Positions 1 through 13,762 of a stretch of 64,000 nucleotides of DNA are shown one piece after another (position 1 is the stretch's first letter; each line of letters begins with the position of its first letter). This stretch comes from Selaginella moellendorffii (Eukaryota > Plantae > Lycopodiophyta), in contig NW_003314319.1 in NCBI RefSeq assembly GCF_000143415.4, positions 834,365 through 898,364 on the forward strand. Direction: 5' to 3'. The position numbers and the translations under genes were made by a program. Below the pieces are notes generated by a model. That model saw only the letters and a list, made by a program, of their open reading frames with translations, had not been told where the DNA came from and searched no databases.

Positions 1-631
1 CTTGTCCCAGAGAGTAACTCTTGGTACTAAGGGTGGCTTGGGGTGAAGCCCAAAGTGTATGTTCCTCAAGGGGAAGGGGGTGGGGGCCTATGGGGGGTAG
101 TAAGGATAGTGTATAGTAAGGATAGTGGGTATGTCGGGTATGGCCGACCAACCTGAGGCATAGTTTAGCTCCCGCTTGCGTGCCTGTTTTTGTTCTGCGT
201 TTGGCTTGGGTTTAAGCCCAAGTTTCATTTCATGCTAGCTAATGGAGTACCCATGTCCTCATGTTAGGCCACTAGTATGCTGAAATAGCGCCAGACTCCG
301 TTTGGCTCCATTTTGCATGCTAGTCTTGGCATTAGGAAGCTGGTTACTCTAGGACTGTTCCAAGTCGCTCTGGGCTCTCGTCCCTTTGCTCCTTGGGCTA
401 TATGCTCAGGTGTTACTCTATGGTCCTCACTCCTTGGCTCCATGCTTGGGAGTTTGGCACCGTTCCTTCGTTCAGTGGCCCAAGCCCTTGAACCTCGGGT
501 TCCACACCACGTTCCTTTGGACACATGGCATGTGACACATGGCATCTGTCATGTGGCATAAAGAGGGTTTAGGTTCTGCTTCGTGGTGTTATCCTATGGT
601 AGGATAAAGGGTAAAAACCACGTGCAGTACA
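1..631 (+). mobile_element. Partial LTR of family A, cut by the window edge (3' LTR or solo LTR)
   Basis: Reverse complement of the LTR starting at 5030. It ends ...CGTGCAGTACA at 631 and no PBS follows. Confidence 0.85.
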
Positions 632-669
632 AAAATATTTCCATTCACACCAGAAAGTTGCCTCATAAA

Positions 670-1118
670 TGACATAAAAACGTTTCTGTTTCTTTTATGA
701 TCAAGCATGGTGGCAACATATCAATTTCCATTTCCAGAGGTAAATAATTAATTCAACTTCATATTGATTCAAGAAAATCATTTAGGATCCCAATGAGGTG
801 CAAGAATTCCATGAAGAGGATTATTTTTGTGTAGATGATTTAGATTTGTGAGTATGTTTTCTTTCAGATGAGAGTATTGAGACATAAATAGTTTGATTGA
901 GAGATTCCATGTAAATATGAAAGTTATACTCGTCCGAAAAAAAACACATTCACAATCTAAATCATCTACACAAAAATAATCCTTTTCATGGAATTCTTGC
1001 AAAAGGATTCTGAATGATTTTCTTGAATCAATATGAAGTTGAATTGATTGTTACCTTTGGAAATTGATATGCTGCCACCATGCTTGATCATAAAAGAAAC
1101 AAAAACTTTTTTAAGTCA
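670..1118. repeat. AT-rich fold-back: ~190-bp inverted arms with a ~55-bp loop (MITE-like)
   Basis: The left arm TTTCTTTTATGATCAAGCATGGTGGCAACATATCAATTTCCA...TTTTTGTGTAGATGATTTAGATT is mirrored by AATCTAAATCATCTACACAAAAA...TGGAAATTGATATGCTGCCACCATGCTTGATCATAAAAGAAA. Confidence 0.85.
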
Positions 1119-1317
1119 ATTATATCCAGCATGAATGGGTGGGCTAAGTGTTAGGGCTGTGGCCACGTGGAAGTTTTTAGGGCGTATGTTGGGCACAGGC
1201 GGACGTGCGGGGGCAGGCGGGAGCCGTGAGGGCGAGCGGGTGGGCGGGAGTGCGTGGTGGCGACGGACGGGAGAGGGACCGCGCTGGAGAAAAAACAAAA
1301 AGAAGGTTTGATGCCAC

Positions 1318-2538
1318 TGTAAGCGACTAATTTTTCCATTTTACTTTAGTCACTTAACTGCACCTCCGACCACTTGGAGGAGTCTCATTCACAACCTCCA
1401 TAAGTCCCAGTTAGGACTTGGGGCTTGCCAGCCCTAAGAATGGCTTCCATGCCACTCAACCTTTGCACTTGGTCCAAGTGCTCCACGTGTCCGATCCCAT
1501 TACCGACACCCCAGGGTACCACTGACATACCAACCCATTACGCTAGGCCATACCCATTCACCTTGGTCACACTGGCGGTCTAACGCCACCTGCATCATAA
1601 TCCTATCTCTCAAAGACTGGGCCATCCGTCCATGAGCGATCATCCCAGATCCACTCCTTAGCATCCTTAGGATGCCCGCAGAGATGGGGAATAGCCTTCC
1701 CTGACAACTCTTTTCCAGTCCCCACCAAGTCCCTTTTAGTCTATGGCCGTGTTCACCAACACTGCCACTGGATCAAGGCCCGCAGGCCTGACTGCTAAGT
1801 CCCACTATCCTTTGGGACTTCCTCACCATGTGACCATATCCTTGGTCACTGCATTAGAGGCCTACTCCTCTTCCCTTTCACCGTTTGGGACTTTGGGACA
1901 ACATTTCGGAACACCGTGGCCTTACGCAAGCCTCATGGGTACTCTCCCCGCCTTTCGCCTTTAGGTGCTCTAGCCATGGGCTTAGAGCGAGGTTCCGTTG
2001 AGCCACGACAAGTATCCAAGTAGGTAGTGCCACCCACACTTGGACTGGGAGCATCAGCCAGTCGATCTCCCGGGGGAACTAGAGCCGGCTCTTGAACACT
2101 TCACCAAGCTACCCCGCTTGTCGGTCCATGTTCACTTTAGTCTTGGACTTCCTAGTGGGCAGCTCATCACCCAACACTGGGTCCGGCCTTCCTGGGCCAA
2201 ACTGGCCTTTTCTGGCCAAACTAGCTCCACTGCAGTCCTCCCCCTACTATACTTTTGGAGCTCACCAAACCCCCCAGGGTCTGGGAGACGAACGCTTTGG
2301 GCTTTCACCCTCTCAGACTCGGACTCGGACTCGGACTCGGACTCGGACTCGGACTTGGACTCGGACTCGGACTCGAACTCGGGCTCGGGCTCGGCCTCAG
2401 GCTCGGCCTCGGTCTCGGTCTCGGCCTCGGCCTCGGTCTTGGCCTCGGCCTCGGCCTCGGTCTTGGCCTCGGCCTCGGCCTCGGTCTTGGCCTCGGCCTC
2501 GGCCTCGGTCTCGGTCTCGGTCCCGATCTCGGTCCCGA

Positions 2539-2570
<32 letters not shown>

Positions 2571-3257
2571 CCGGTCTCAGTCTTGGTCTCAGTCTTGGTC
2601 TCGGTCTCGACTTCGGACTCCATCTCGGGTCCATCTCGGACTCCATCTCGGGTCCATCTCGGACTCCATCCCGGACTCCATCTCGGACTCCATTTCGGGT
2701 CCATCTTGGGTCCACCTCGGACTCCACCTCGGGTCCATCTCGGACTCCATCTCGGGTCCATCTCAGACTCCATCTCAGACTCCATTTCGGGTCCATCTCA
2801 GGTCCACCTCGGACTCCACCTCGGACTCCATCTCGGACTCCATCTCGGGTCCATCTTGGACTCCATCTCGGGTCCACCTTGGACTCCACCTCGGACTCCA
2901 TCTCGGGGTCCTTCTCGGACTCCACTTCGGACTCCAACTCGGGTCCATCTCGGACTCCACTTCGGATTACAACTCGGGTCCATCTCGGACTCCACTTCGG
3001 ACTCCAACTCGGGTCCATCTCGGACACTTCCACGTGTCATGTGTTGGTCCTTTTGGGTCCCCTTTTTGGAGCCTCGCTTATTGCTCGCTTCGTGCTCATT
3101 CCTCGAGCACCTTGTTAGGAGTTCCACTCCCGCTCTCAACCTTTCAAGTCGGAGCTTTTAGTCCAAACGTGTTACGCTTGTTTGGTTTTCGCTTCGGCCA
3201 CCACCACATGGCACCCTTCCGGCTCCACTTTGGGGCCTAGGGATTTTGTGTCTCACA
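1318..3257 (-). mobile_element. Solo LTR of family B with 5-bp TSD GCCAC
   Basis: TGTAAGCG...TCTCACA termini; GCCAC at 1313-1317 and 3258-3262; homologous to LTRs at 14644, 46491 and 53030. Orientation is taken from the PBS/PPT of the fuller copies. Confidence 0.93.
2314..3025. repeat. Degenerate hexamer/dodecamer tandem array (TCGGAC/TCGGTC/TCCATC) inside LTR-B
   Basis: Visible 6-bp periodicity; related arrays occur in every LTR-B and LTR-C copy. Confidence 0.95.
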
Positions 3258-3669
3258 GCCACATCACCACCAAGTAAGCCATTTGGCTATCCACAGCTAG
3301 AGTACGCTCCATGAATTCTTCTTTCTTCAGATTATGATGACAAATTTCCTTTTGGCTATCTTCCATTGTATCAATGAGGCTCACATTGTTGTCAGGTAAA
3401 GCTTCTGCAAGATGTTTTGCAAGTTGTGTGTGGGACTTCTTCCTCAGCCGGCCTGAACTATGCTTTTCAGGATTGTTGTTGTTTCCTATCATTGCCAAAA
3501 ATGATTATGAACAAAAACTACAAAACATACCTTTAGGCTCTGATTCTCCACATGGAGGTGATGGTGATCTTTGTCGTGAAGCTCCTAGTGTCGATAATGG
3601 TGATCGTTGGGATGTAGGTGGTGAAGACATTGATTCTTGAGTCTATCCCTGTGAATTCACAGTTCGAAG

Positions 3670-3889
3670 GTCTTGAAGCCACTTGTCCATCACTGCATAG
3701 AGTTGATCATTGAACTTTGGTGGTAAATCAGCTTCACGATGTTGCTCCATTGTCATGTTCCAATAACTGCTTCTGCCAGTAGGAACATGATATTCATGTG
3801 ACTTGATTTTGTTGAACTCTTTGTAGATATACTTCTAACGAGATTGGCATTGCCCAGGCAAATAGTTGACACCATGTGTCAAACAATAG
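3670..3889 (-). pseudogene. Myb/SANT-like (trihelix) DNA-binding exon, probably the Harbinger partner protein; in-frame stop
   Basis: My translation: YCLTHGVNYLPGQCQSR*KYIYKEFNKIKSHEYHVPTGRSSYWNMTMEQHREADLPPKFNDQLYAVMDKW, matching the trihelix pattern QC..RW..I...F.KI...SYW.M....R....LP..F. Confidence 0.7.
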
Positions 3890-5029
3890 CTGCAAAATCA
3901 ATGAACCACTGGAAGTCTAAAAAATCCAAAACTTACTTGAAGACTTGCTGCTAACAAACACTTGCAGTCTTGTGCCTGTATGTGGACCACTCCACGTGCG
4001 GATGGTGGGGCCAACTAAACTGCAACTAGGGCCTCCCGTTAAACACCATCCTGATTCACTCTCTCTATGGTGAAGAGTGTGGATTAAGCAGCTCAAGCCT
4101 TGTTTGCAATTGCTGATTCTTTGGTAAGTCAATTCATTTTCTTATTCATGAACTTGACTTTTATAGTTTACAGCGTCACTGATTACTATCTCAGCAGCAA
4201 TGAGAGAGATGATGAACTGATGAAGACATGTTGATTTACCTACGAAATGACAATCTTAGACTACTTTTGCATCGGAGTCTCTGCCACTCTTTTCTTGGCC
4301 TTTGTAGTCGCGAAGGAAAACTTTCTTGAACTTGGGAAGCGCAGAGTCAAACTCATCGAGGATTTGCTTTGCATGTTGGCATTTCATGTTTCGCTGATGC
4401 TGTTGAATCATAGCCCTCAAAGTCAACACATCCTCGCTTGGCAATGCTGTGGGGATTTGAGATGAGAATTTTCCCAAGAAATAAAGAGAAGAAACTATGT
4501 ACTGGAAGTAAAGATCGCTATATACCTTCTACTACCGATAGAAACTTCAGGCTTGACTTGTAAATTGCCAAAAACTCTACTGGTTTTGCAGGTGAAAGTG
4601 CACCAAGCTTGCTTGCCACTATCGCTGAGCTCACTTCTCCAGTGTTTTCTAAAAAGAAACAAGATCATAAGAAAACAAGCGAAAAAAAGAAAAAGGCTTT
4701 TGGAAAGCTTACCAGACGCTACAATATCCAACATGAACTTACAATCTCGAGCAATATGCACCTCAACCTATTTATAGTCTTCCTCCAGCTTGTCTGCAGC
4801 TCCTCCACCCACAAAGAATTCCCAGGAAAAATCCTGGAGATAAAAGGTGCCACAATTGTGATACGAAAAGCCTCTTCAGCTCCAGTAGTGTTGTCAATAG
4901 CCAGTTTTCTCTCAAGGAGGTATTGGCATTCTGGATCCTCTTTTCTATGTTTTTGATAAACGGCAAGTCCTGTAATGAAATGTTGACAAGAAAGATAAGT
5001 GTCACATTTTCCGAAAAATAGAACTTCAC

Positions 5030-8000
5030 TGTAGCGCACATGGTTTTTACCCTTTATCCTATGGTGCTTTACCATAGGATAACACCACGAAGCGGAACCT
5101 AAACCCTCTTTGTGCCACGTGATAGATGCCACGGATCACATGCCACGTGTCCATAGGACAGTGGAACTCGAGGTTCAAGGCCTTGGGCCACTGAACGAAA
5201 GAACGGTGTCAAACTCCCAAGCATGGAGCCAAGGAGCAATGACACTAGACCACGGAGCAACTCCTGAGCATGCAGCCTAAGGAGTGAAGAGGCAGGAGCC
5301 CGGAGCGACTTGGAACAATCCTGGAACAACCAACATCCTAATGCCAGGACCAACACACAAAACGGAGCCAAACAGAGGTTGACACTATTTTGGCATATCA
5401 ATGGCTTAATGCGAGGATATGGGTACCCCACCAACTAGCATGGTATGGAACTTGGGCTTAGACCCAAATTGACACAGAGCAAGGATAGGCACGCAAGCGG
5501 GAGCTAAACTAAGCTTCAGGTTAGTCGGCCACCCGACCTACCCACTATCCCTATTATACATTTGGAACCCCCCATATCCCCCCCCCCTCCCCCTCCCTGA
5601 GGAACACACACTTTGGGCTTTCACCCCAAGCCTCCCTTAGTACCAGGAGTTAGTCTCTGGGACAAACTTGAAACTTACTAAATATGGAATATCCTTAGAT
5701 TGCGAATTTGGACACAGGACGAACACCATTGTGTTCAGAACAATCTCTAAATTCTATAGATATGCCAAATGAGCAAATCTGGACACTTTCCATAAATAGC
5801 ATTTAGGACCAAAATGAGATTAACATAAAGGGCATGATAGCGAGGGTGTTTGGCAGACAGGGTAAGCTATCATTCAGCGATATTGAGGGACTAGTCTCAA
5901 TATGTGAGGGTTCTTGTTACTAGTCAGTGCAAGACATAACGAGATGGGAACTCCTTACCTGGCTAAGTATGTTTAGCTAATAACACCAAAATGCCCAGTT
6001 AACTCCTCTAGCACAAGAGGGGTTGATAAAAGGTCCAGCAATACCGATCTCCTGCCATCATGGCAGTAAGGTAAGAGTGTCCGTAAGGACTGGCTGACAG
6101 GTAACTTTCGATACCCGAAGTCACATTCGCGACACTCTCCCCCCTTAGGGAAGATCGACGTCCTCGTTGATGCATACTCGAGTCTAGAATATCGCCAAGG
6201 AAACAACTCCAAAAAAAGTTCAAGGTATTCACATTATGTGAGAAATGCACCAACTTAAATGAGTTAGGGTAACCTCTTCGTCTAACGCGGATGCGCTACC
6301 AACTCAGACACCTTCCGGCCATCACTAACAAGGAAATGACGAACGGAGTTAGCCACCCTTGCTGCTTTGGGTGTCACCTAGCTACAAAAGTGTGATATGC
6401 CCTTGCTCGCAAGGATATAGAGAGAGAAGCCAGAGTGTAGCGCACCTGAATTTGGAGCCGAACTCCAAGCCCGTTGCGCTACGAAACGAGGGTCCGGTAC
6501 AATCCCACGAGCACCAGCTCCCCGTATCCAGCACCTGCACGCAAAATGGTGTCAGACGGAGTCTGGCACAATTTTGGCATACCGGTGGCCTAACGCGAGA
6601 AGGAGGGTACTCCACCGACTAAAGCAGCATGGAGCTTGGGCTTAGACCCAAGCCGGTCGCAGAACAAGGAGCGACACAGCCCAGCGGAAGCCAAACTAAT
6701 GTCTCAGGTGGTCGGACATGCATTCCAACCACTATCCCTACTATACATTTGGAACCCCCCACAGCCCCCCCCCCTTGAGGGACACACGCTTTGGGCTTTC
6801 ACCCCAAGCCACCCTTAGTACCAGGAGTTAGTCTCTGGGACAAGCTCGAAACTTACTAAATATGGAATGGCCTTAGATTGCGAATTTGGACATGGGACGA
6901 ACACCATTGTGTTCAGGCCGACCTCAACATTCCGTAGATATGCCAAATGAGCGAATCTAGACACTTTCCATAAATAGCATTTGGGACCGAAACGAGACTA
7001 ACACAAAGGCGTGATAGCGAGGGTGTTTGGCAAACACGGTAAGCTATCATCTAGCGAATATTGAGGGACTAGTCTCAATATCGCGGGGGTTCCCAACACT
7101 AGCAAGTGCAAGTCAACATCATGAGTTTCTCATCACCGTGTCAAGTATGCTTGACTTAATGACAACTTAGGATTTCCTTCCTTAGTGCCCTTCCGGTCTA
7201 AGTGCACATGTGCTGACCAGTTTCTCAACTAGCTTGGGCGGAGACCATAAAGGGAACCAGCAGTACCGACCTCCTGCCGTCGTGGCAGTAAGGAGAGAGA
7301 GTCCGTAAGTACTAGCCGACAAGTATCTTTCGATACCCGAAGTCACATGCGCGACACAGAGGCCCCAACCCTCATGAGCAAAGAAACCAAACCTGTCGGT
7401 AAGGTTTAGATAGACTACTGTAAACAGTTAGTTAGAGTTGTTTACATGGTCATGCTCTTTTTAAACGACAAAAGGAACATCGACAGAAAGGCGGGTAATG
7501 TAATCAGTCGACAGTAGCTACCCCATGACTAGAGATTTTAGCATGCACACGAAGTGCCAAAGTCAATCTGCCTATACTGGCCCAAATTCAAAGATCAATA
7601 GATGGACAATATCAAAGTCATAAACAATGATATCTAAAAGTCTTATTTATCAATGATTAAATCTTAAATTAGAACACAAAAGTATTCCAAGTAAATTATC
7701 ATCCGATAAACCAGTAGTAGAGTATAGGAACCACCAAGATCACTATAATTGGAAAACATAGGATTCACCATCGAACAAAATTCAATAGCCAAATTATCAT
7801 TAAGAAAACTCAATGATAAAATTTAATTATCAAAGATTGCAGACAGTATGCCAAACAACTTACAAAAGAGAACTTAAAGAATACAAAGTATCATTGACTG
7901 GCAAGTAAAATGCTCGCGAATGTACAATCTACCAAAACTAACTTAAGCAATAATCAACAGAACAAAATAAATGCGGTAAGACTAACAAACACTCATTCAT

Positions 8001-11000
8001 GCCAACTATCGCATTAGCCAATCTAAATAGATCGTGGTCAACAATACAAAGGAACTCAAGTTGCTTAAGCAAGTGTTAGCAACATCCTATTGATATTTCA
8101 AACCCAATAGACGCAAACCACAAAGAACATATAGTAATGCGAAAAGCCAAAAGCCATCAATGAGAACAACTAACTATCATAAAAGACCATTAATTATCCC
8201 ATAAATAGTGAGATGCATAATCATTGTCAAAGAAAGAATCTACCATCCCGAAGAATGACAAATCATTCTATACCAACAATAATCAAGTAAAACTTTTTTG
8301 ACAAGGATAATCAATTATCCTAGATGATAGTCAATCATCACCAATGATTGCTAGATGCAAAAACCAACTTCAATATCGAAGCTAATGAGCCAAAATATCT
8401 TCCCCCAACAACTTCTAATAAATGGAAAAATGAGCATGAAAACTCAAGGAACCAAAAGTTTGAAGAAGCTTATAGCCAAGTCTTGCTTAACAATGATCAC
8501 GAGTCTTGCATATATTAACTTTAATGCTAAGAAGAAATTATGGTACAACCCACAATATCCTTCTCAACACATCTATAAACTAAACTTCATAATACAAAAG
8601 CTAATGAAGAGCATGTTTGCATCAATCCAAAAGCTAAGTATAATGAAGTTATGCTCAACAAGTGATCATCTAATTCGATCCTCCATGAATCCATCTATAG
8701 TAAGACGTAACTCACTTCATAACAAGCACAAGAAGAATCATCAATGATCGATATATCCTAACTGAAATTCAACAAAGATTCAATCACTTCAATACCAATC
8801 ACTAACTCTTCCTCTCATAGAGCTAGCATAGTCCATGACTAAATCATCTTTCAAGGAAAATCCAAAACTCAACCCCTACTAAATAATCTTATCTAGAACA
8901 CAACTAACTCAAACTTGCCACTCAGTTCATTTGAATGTCAATGTAGTTGTTAATTAGCAATTGCACAAATGCCAATAACACAAAGCCATAGCCAAATCAT
9001 CAACACTATCTTCATTAAGACTAATGAAATTCAATATCAATCTTTCAGAAAGACATCTCATCTCACTTAAATCTCAACATCAATAATATTAATGATAGGG
9101 CATCACTTCAATTCCATCAACACCATAACAAAGCTAGAAGAAAGCACGAGTGAATCACCACTCAAAACTCTCTTAGCAACTAAACTAACCAAAGTCGACG
9201 ATACCTTAGCCAGTATCTAAGACCAATTCTTCAACAATACTCAGCTATAGATAATACATCACCAAAGAGTGATTCACCACATCCAAGACTCAATGAAATC
9301 CAAAATCACAAACTAAATGTAACCAAATGATATCGATAGAGGAATCGACATGCCAATATGGAAAACCATCCAAGCCATGACACGATCCTCCGCAACACCA
9401 TCTGGTAAAGCAAGCCCATCACTGCTAAATCATCATCGAGCGAAGCAAGTGTCAACAGTACTTGACGAAGTTTACAAGCAATCACTAGTCGCAAAGCAAT
9501 TAACAATCGCTCTTCAACTTGCATTCACAAGACCCAAACACTAAACTCACATCATTGAGTTATATACTTGTTCAATAAAAACGTAATACCTCATGCCGAA
9601 ATAAAGGTTCATGAACAAGCACGAACTAAATGACAACTCGAATCCAACTCAACTGCAATAAGCTCACCAACACATCTAGTTAGTAGCTCTGAGCTTACCT
9701 TGAAAAGGCTAGCTATGCATGATCAACATTTAGTCGAAACTAAAATGAAGACCATGAGATGAACTCATATTGGTACACAACCTCCTCACAAACAAGGCTA
9801 TTGTACAGGTACTAACATTTTAACCGCAAACAACTAAGTTGAACATCACTATCCTCAGCTAAAGCGCAAAGCCACCAAAACCAAGTCAAGATCAGTGAGA
9901 GCTCACTACTCTCATAGAGTCTAACAAATGCAAGGTGAAACTTGCCACAAAGCACAACACTCCAAAGAAAGGCACAAAAGTCACCTTTCTAGAAAAGCAC
10001 AACGGCCATTTTTCTACACCAACTTTAGACTCTATTCAACTCAATTGCCTTAGCCCCAAAAGTCAGCATCCCTTTCGGGCGCATCATACAAACTACCTAT
10101 TAAGGTCTAAGCTAACAAAGGTCAACTTCAACCCCTTCACTAGTTTGTATCAGCTTACGAAAATAGAAAGGTTTTTGGACAAAGTGATTAACAAATCAGC
10201 CATTGGAAAAGCCTAAGAAAATTTATGGAAAATTTTCCATCCTAGAGAAAGAATGACTCTCAATCCAGAAATGCAAACTTTCAAGACTCAACCAATTTCC
10301 TCCTACTAACAACTTCACATAGGTTCACCTCAACACAAATTCTCAAGACCTATAATATGCTTAAGCCTTAAACACCATGCCTATAATTTTGATATCCAAT
10401 ACTAATATCCGTAAATTGCAAAATGAACATCCAAGGCTTGATCATGAAGACCATATCTTCAGATATCCATATTGTACTAACACCCTTCTTCAATTTTTTT
10501 CAAGATCCAATGTGAAGCCAAAACACTAACAAGAAAAACGACTTAAAAAATCAAGGTCTAAGGAGAACTCCTCATCACTTGAAATAACAATGCTACTTCC
10601 ACTAACACGAATGCTAGTGATGTCAATGCCTCAACCACACATCTTCTTCATCCAATAATCTACTCCAAGTGCTAACGGCTCAACCGAAAAACCATAGCAA
10701 GTGAATGCTATAACTCTTTTCCAACACCTTATGGGCAAACCCTCAAGGAAACAACATACCAACTTAAGCTTAGCATATCATAGATCACTATTGAGAACCA
10801 AGTCAAACCTACTTCAATGCTACTACTTACAAGTAGACTAGTATCACTATCAACCACTTTGGGGTTGATCATCGTTTATCCAAGCAACTTCGTAAACTTA
10901 TTGTTTACGATCACATAGATATGATATAAAAATCACAATGACTTGATCATCAATCGAGCAACACTATGAGTAATGCCCATGTCACTACTTCAAAAGTTTA

Positions 11001-13762
11001 TGCGAGTATCACATGCTAACTCTATTCGACAAAATGCAACATAAATGTCACACTCCACCGATAGATTTACAACACCCAACGCCACTAACTTTTGTTCACA
11101 ACATAAACAAGCTCATGCCACTCTCTTTCTGACCAAACTCAACACTAATCCAACACCAAGCTACTCAAGGAGCAATAGGAAGGTTCCTTGGAAAAGAATT
11201 GAGCATTGTAACCCAAGTCTTCAATAGCAAGTTTAGACAAAATGGTTTAACGCTTCACTGTTATCCATCCCATGACTCACCACTTGTAAGACCATCATTT
11301 CCAGCATGCATCAAGATAGGGACTCTTAATTGCATAATGTGAACATGAGCAATGAGTCACACCTCGTTGCAAATCATCTCTCCAAAAAGAGAAAATGATT
11401 TACGTGTTTGATTCTTCGTCCCTGATGACTCTCTTTTCGGTCTCATCTTTTGACTAAACCTCCAACTTGCATTTGCACTGCCTTCAGTCTAATCCAAGAA
11501 AAGTTTATGAGAGAGCATGGCAATAATTACTTGAACCAATAGACTAATCCCTACAGTCTTGTAATTATGGCTAAGAAGGATCCACTAGTGCCGTGCTAAA
11601 CAGCTACGGACTAGCTTATTCGCCACTCTTTGCAAACCCAAGGAAGGTTTACTTTCACCCATGGTACATAGAACAACTCATGGAACCATTGGAACAACTC
11701 ATAGAACCATTGATAGGCAAACATTAATCTTGCCAACTCAAAGTGCAATCTTGAGTTGCTAATGTGCCTCATTCACGAGCCCAAGCGCAAACTTGTGCAA
11801 ACGGAACACCTCAATCCTTTTAATGAGCTCAAGAGAAAGCTCATTACTCTAGTACGAAAAAGTAACCAAAATCCATACCCAAGGAACAAATGCAAAGCCT
11901 TTGCACCCAAATGTGTACCCACTCGGATCATCGTTTTCATCTCTACATATGTAACAAGACTAGTTACCCAAACTCATTGAATAATACTCACTCAGACTCA
12001 TCCTTTGATACCAAATGTAGCGCACGTGGTTTTTACCCTTTATCCTATGGTGCTTTACCATAGGATAACACCACGAAGCGGAACCTAAACCCTCTTTGTG
12101 CCACGTGATAGATGCCACATATCACATGCCATGTGTCCATAAGATAGTGGTGTGGAACTTGAGGTTCAGAGCCTTAGGCCACTGAACGAAAGAATGGTGC
12201 CAAACTCCCAAGTATGGAGCCAAAGCGTAATGACACTAGACCACGAAGTAACTCCCGAGCATGCAGCCTAAGGAGCGAAGAGGTAGGAGCCCGGAGCGAC
12301 TTGGAACAGTTCTGGAGCAACTAGCATCCCAATGCCAGAACCAGCACACAAAATGGAGCCAAATGGGGTTTGGGGCTATTTCAGCATACTGGTGGCCTAA
12401 CGCGAGGATATGAGTACCCCACCAACTAGCATGGTATGGAACTTGGGCTTAAACCCAAGCTGACGCAGAACAAGGACAAGCACGCAAGCGGGAGCTAAAC
12501 TAAGCCTCAAGTTAGTCGGCCATGCCCGACCTACCCACTATCCCTACTATACATTTGGAACCCCCCATATCCCACCCCCCCCTCCCTGAGGAACACACGC
12601 TTTGGGCTTTCACCCCAAGCCTCCCTTAGTACCAAGAGTTAGTCTTTGGGACAAACTTGAAACTTACTAAATATGGAATGTCCCTAGATTGCAAATTTAG
12701 ACACAGGATGAACACCATTGTGTTCAGAACAATCTCTACATTCCATAGGTATGCCAAATGAGCCACTGAACGAAAGAACGGTGTCAAACTCCCAAGCATG
12801 GAGCCAAGGAGCAATGACACTAGACCACGGAGCAACTCTCGAGCATGCAGCCCAAGGAGCAAAGAGGCAGGAGCCCGGAGTGACTTGGAACAATCCTGGA
12901 GCAACCAACATCCTAATGCTAGGACCAGCATACAAAACGGAGCCAAACGGAGTTTGGCACTATTTTGGCATATCGGTGGCCTAATGTGAGGATATGGGTA
13001 CCCCACCAACTAGCATGGTATGGAACTTGGGCTTAGACCCAAATTGACACAGAACAAGGACAAACACGCAAGCGGGAGGTAAACTAAACTTTAGGTTAGT
13101 CGGCCATACCCAACCTACCCACTATCCCTACTATACATTTGGAACCCCCTATATCCCCCCCCCCCCCCCCCCCCTCTCCCTCCCTGAGGAACACACACTT
13201 TGGGCTTTCACCCCAAGCCTCCTTTAGTACCAGGAGTTAGTCTCTGGGACAAACTTGAAACTTACTAAATATGGAATATCCTTAGATTGCGAATTTGGAC
13301 ACAGGACGAACACCATTGTGTTCAGAACAATCTCTACATTCTATAGATATGCCAAATGAGCAAATCTGGACACTTTCCATAAATAGCATTTAAGACCGAA
13401 ATGAGACTAACACAAAGGGCATGATAGCGAGGGTGTTTGGCAGACAGGGTAAGCTATCATTCAGCGATATTAAGGGACTAGTCTCAATACACAAGGGTTC
13501 TTGTTACTAGTCAGTGCAAGACATAACGAGACGGGAACTCCTTACCGGGCTAAGTATGCTTAGCTAATAACACGTAGGAATTCTGTCCTTATGCTCGTCC
13601 GGTCTAAGTACACTCGAAATGCCCAGTTAACTCCACTAGCACAAGAGGGGCTGATAAAGGGTTCAGCAATACCAACCTCCTGCCATCATGGCAGTAAGGT
13701 AAGAGTGTCCGTAAGGACTGGCCGACAGGTAACTTTCGATACCTAAAGTCACATTCGCAACA
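5030..13762 (-). mobile_element. LTR retroelement family A, non-autonomous or decayed. 3' LTR 5030-6134; 5' LTR 12016-13762 with an internal ~590-bp duplication
   Basis: TGTAGCGC...CGACA/CAACA LTRs. Minus-strand PPT (TAAGGGGGGAGAG) at ~6135-6147 and tRNA-iMet-like PBS (TGGTATCAAAG) at ~12003-12013. No long internal ORF. Confidence 0.85.
6436..7356 (-). mobile_element. Solo LTR of an A-related subfamily nested in element A, TSD CAGAG
   Basis: TGTAGCGC...GCGACA termini; CAGAG at 6431-6435 and 7357-7361; shares its right two-thirds with LTR-A. Confidence 0.9.

Noticed and set aside
2040-3240. Long Ser/Arg/Gly-Leu repeat ORFs in many frames (also ~15400-16300, 47150-48290, 53800-54755)
   Set aside because: Artefacts of stop-free hexamer arrays inside LTRs; open on both strands and in most frames.
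8355-8747. 130-aa ORF in the interior of element A
   Set aside because: Antisense to the element, compositionally biased, no recognisable domain.
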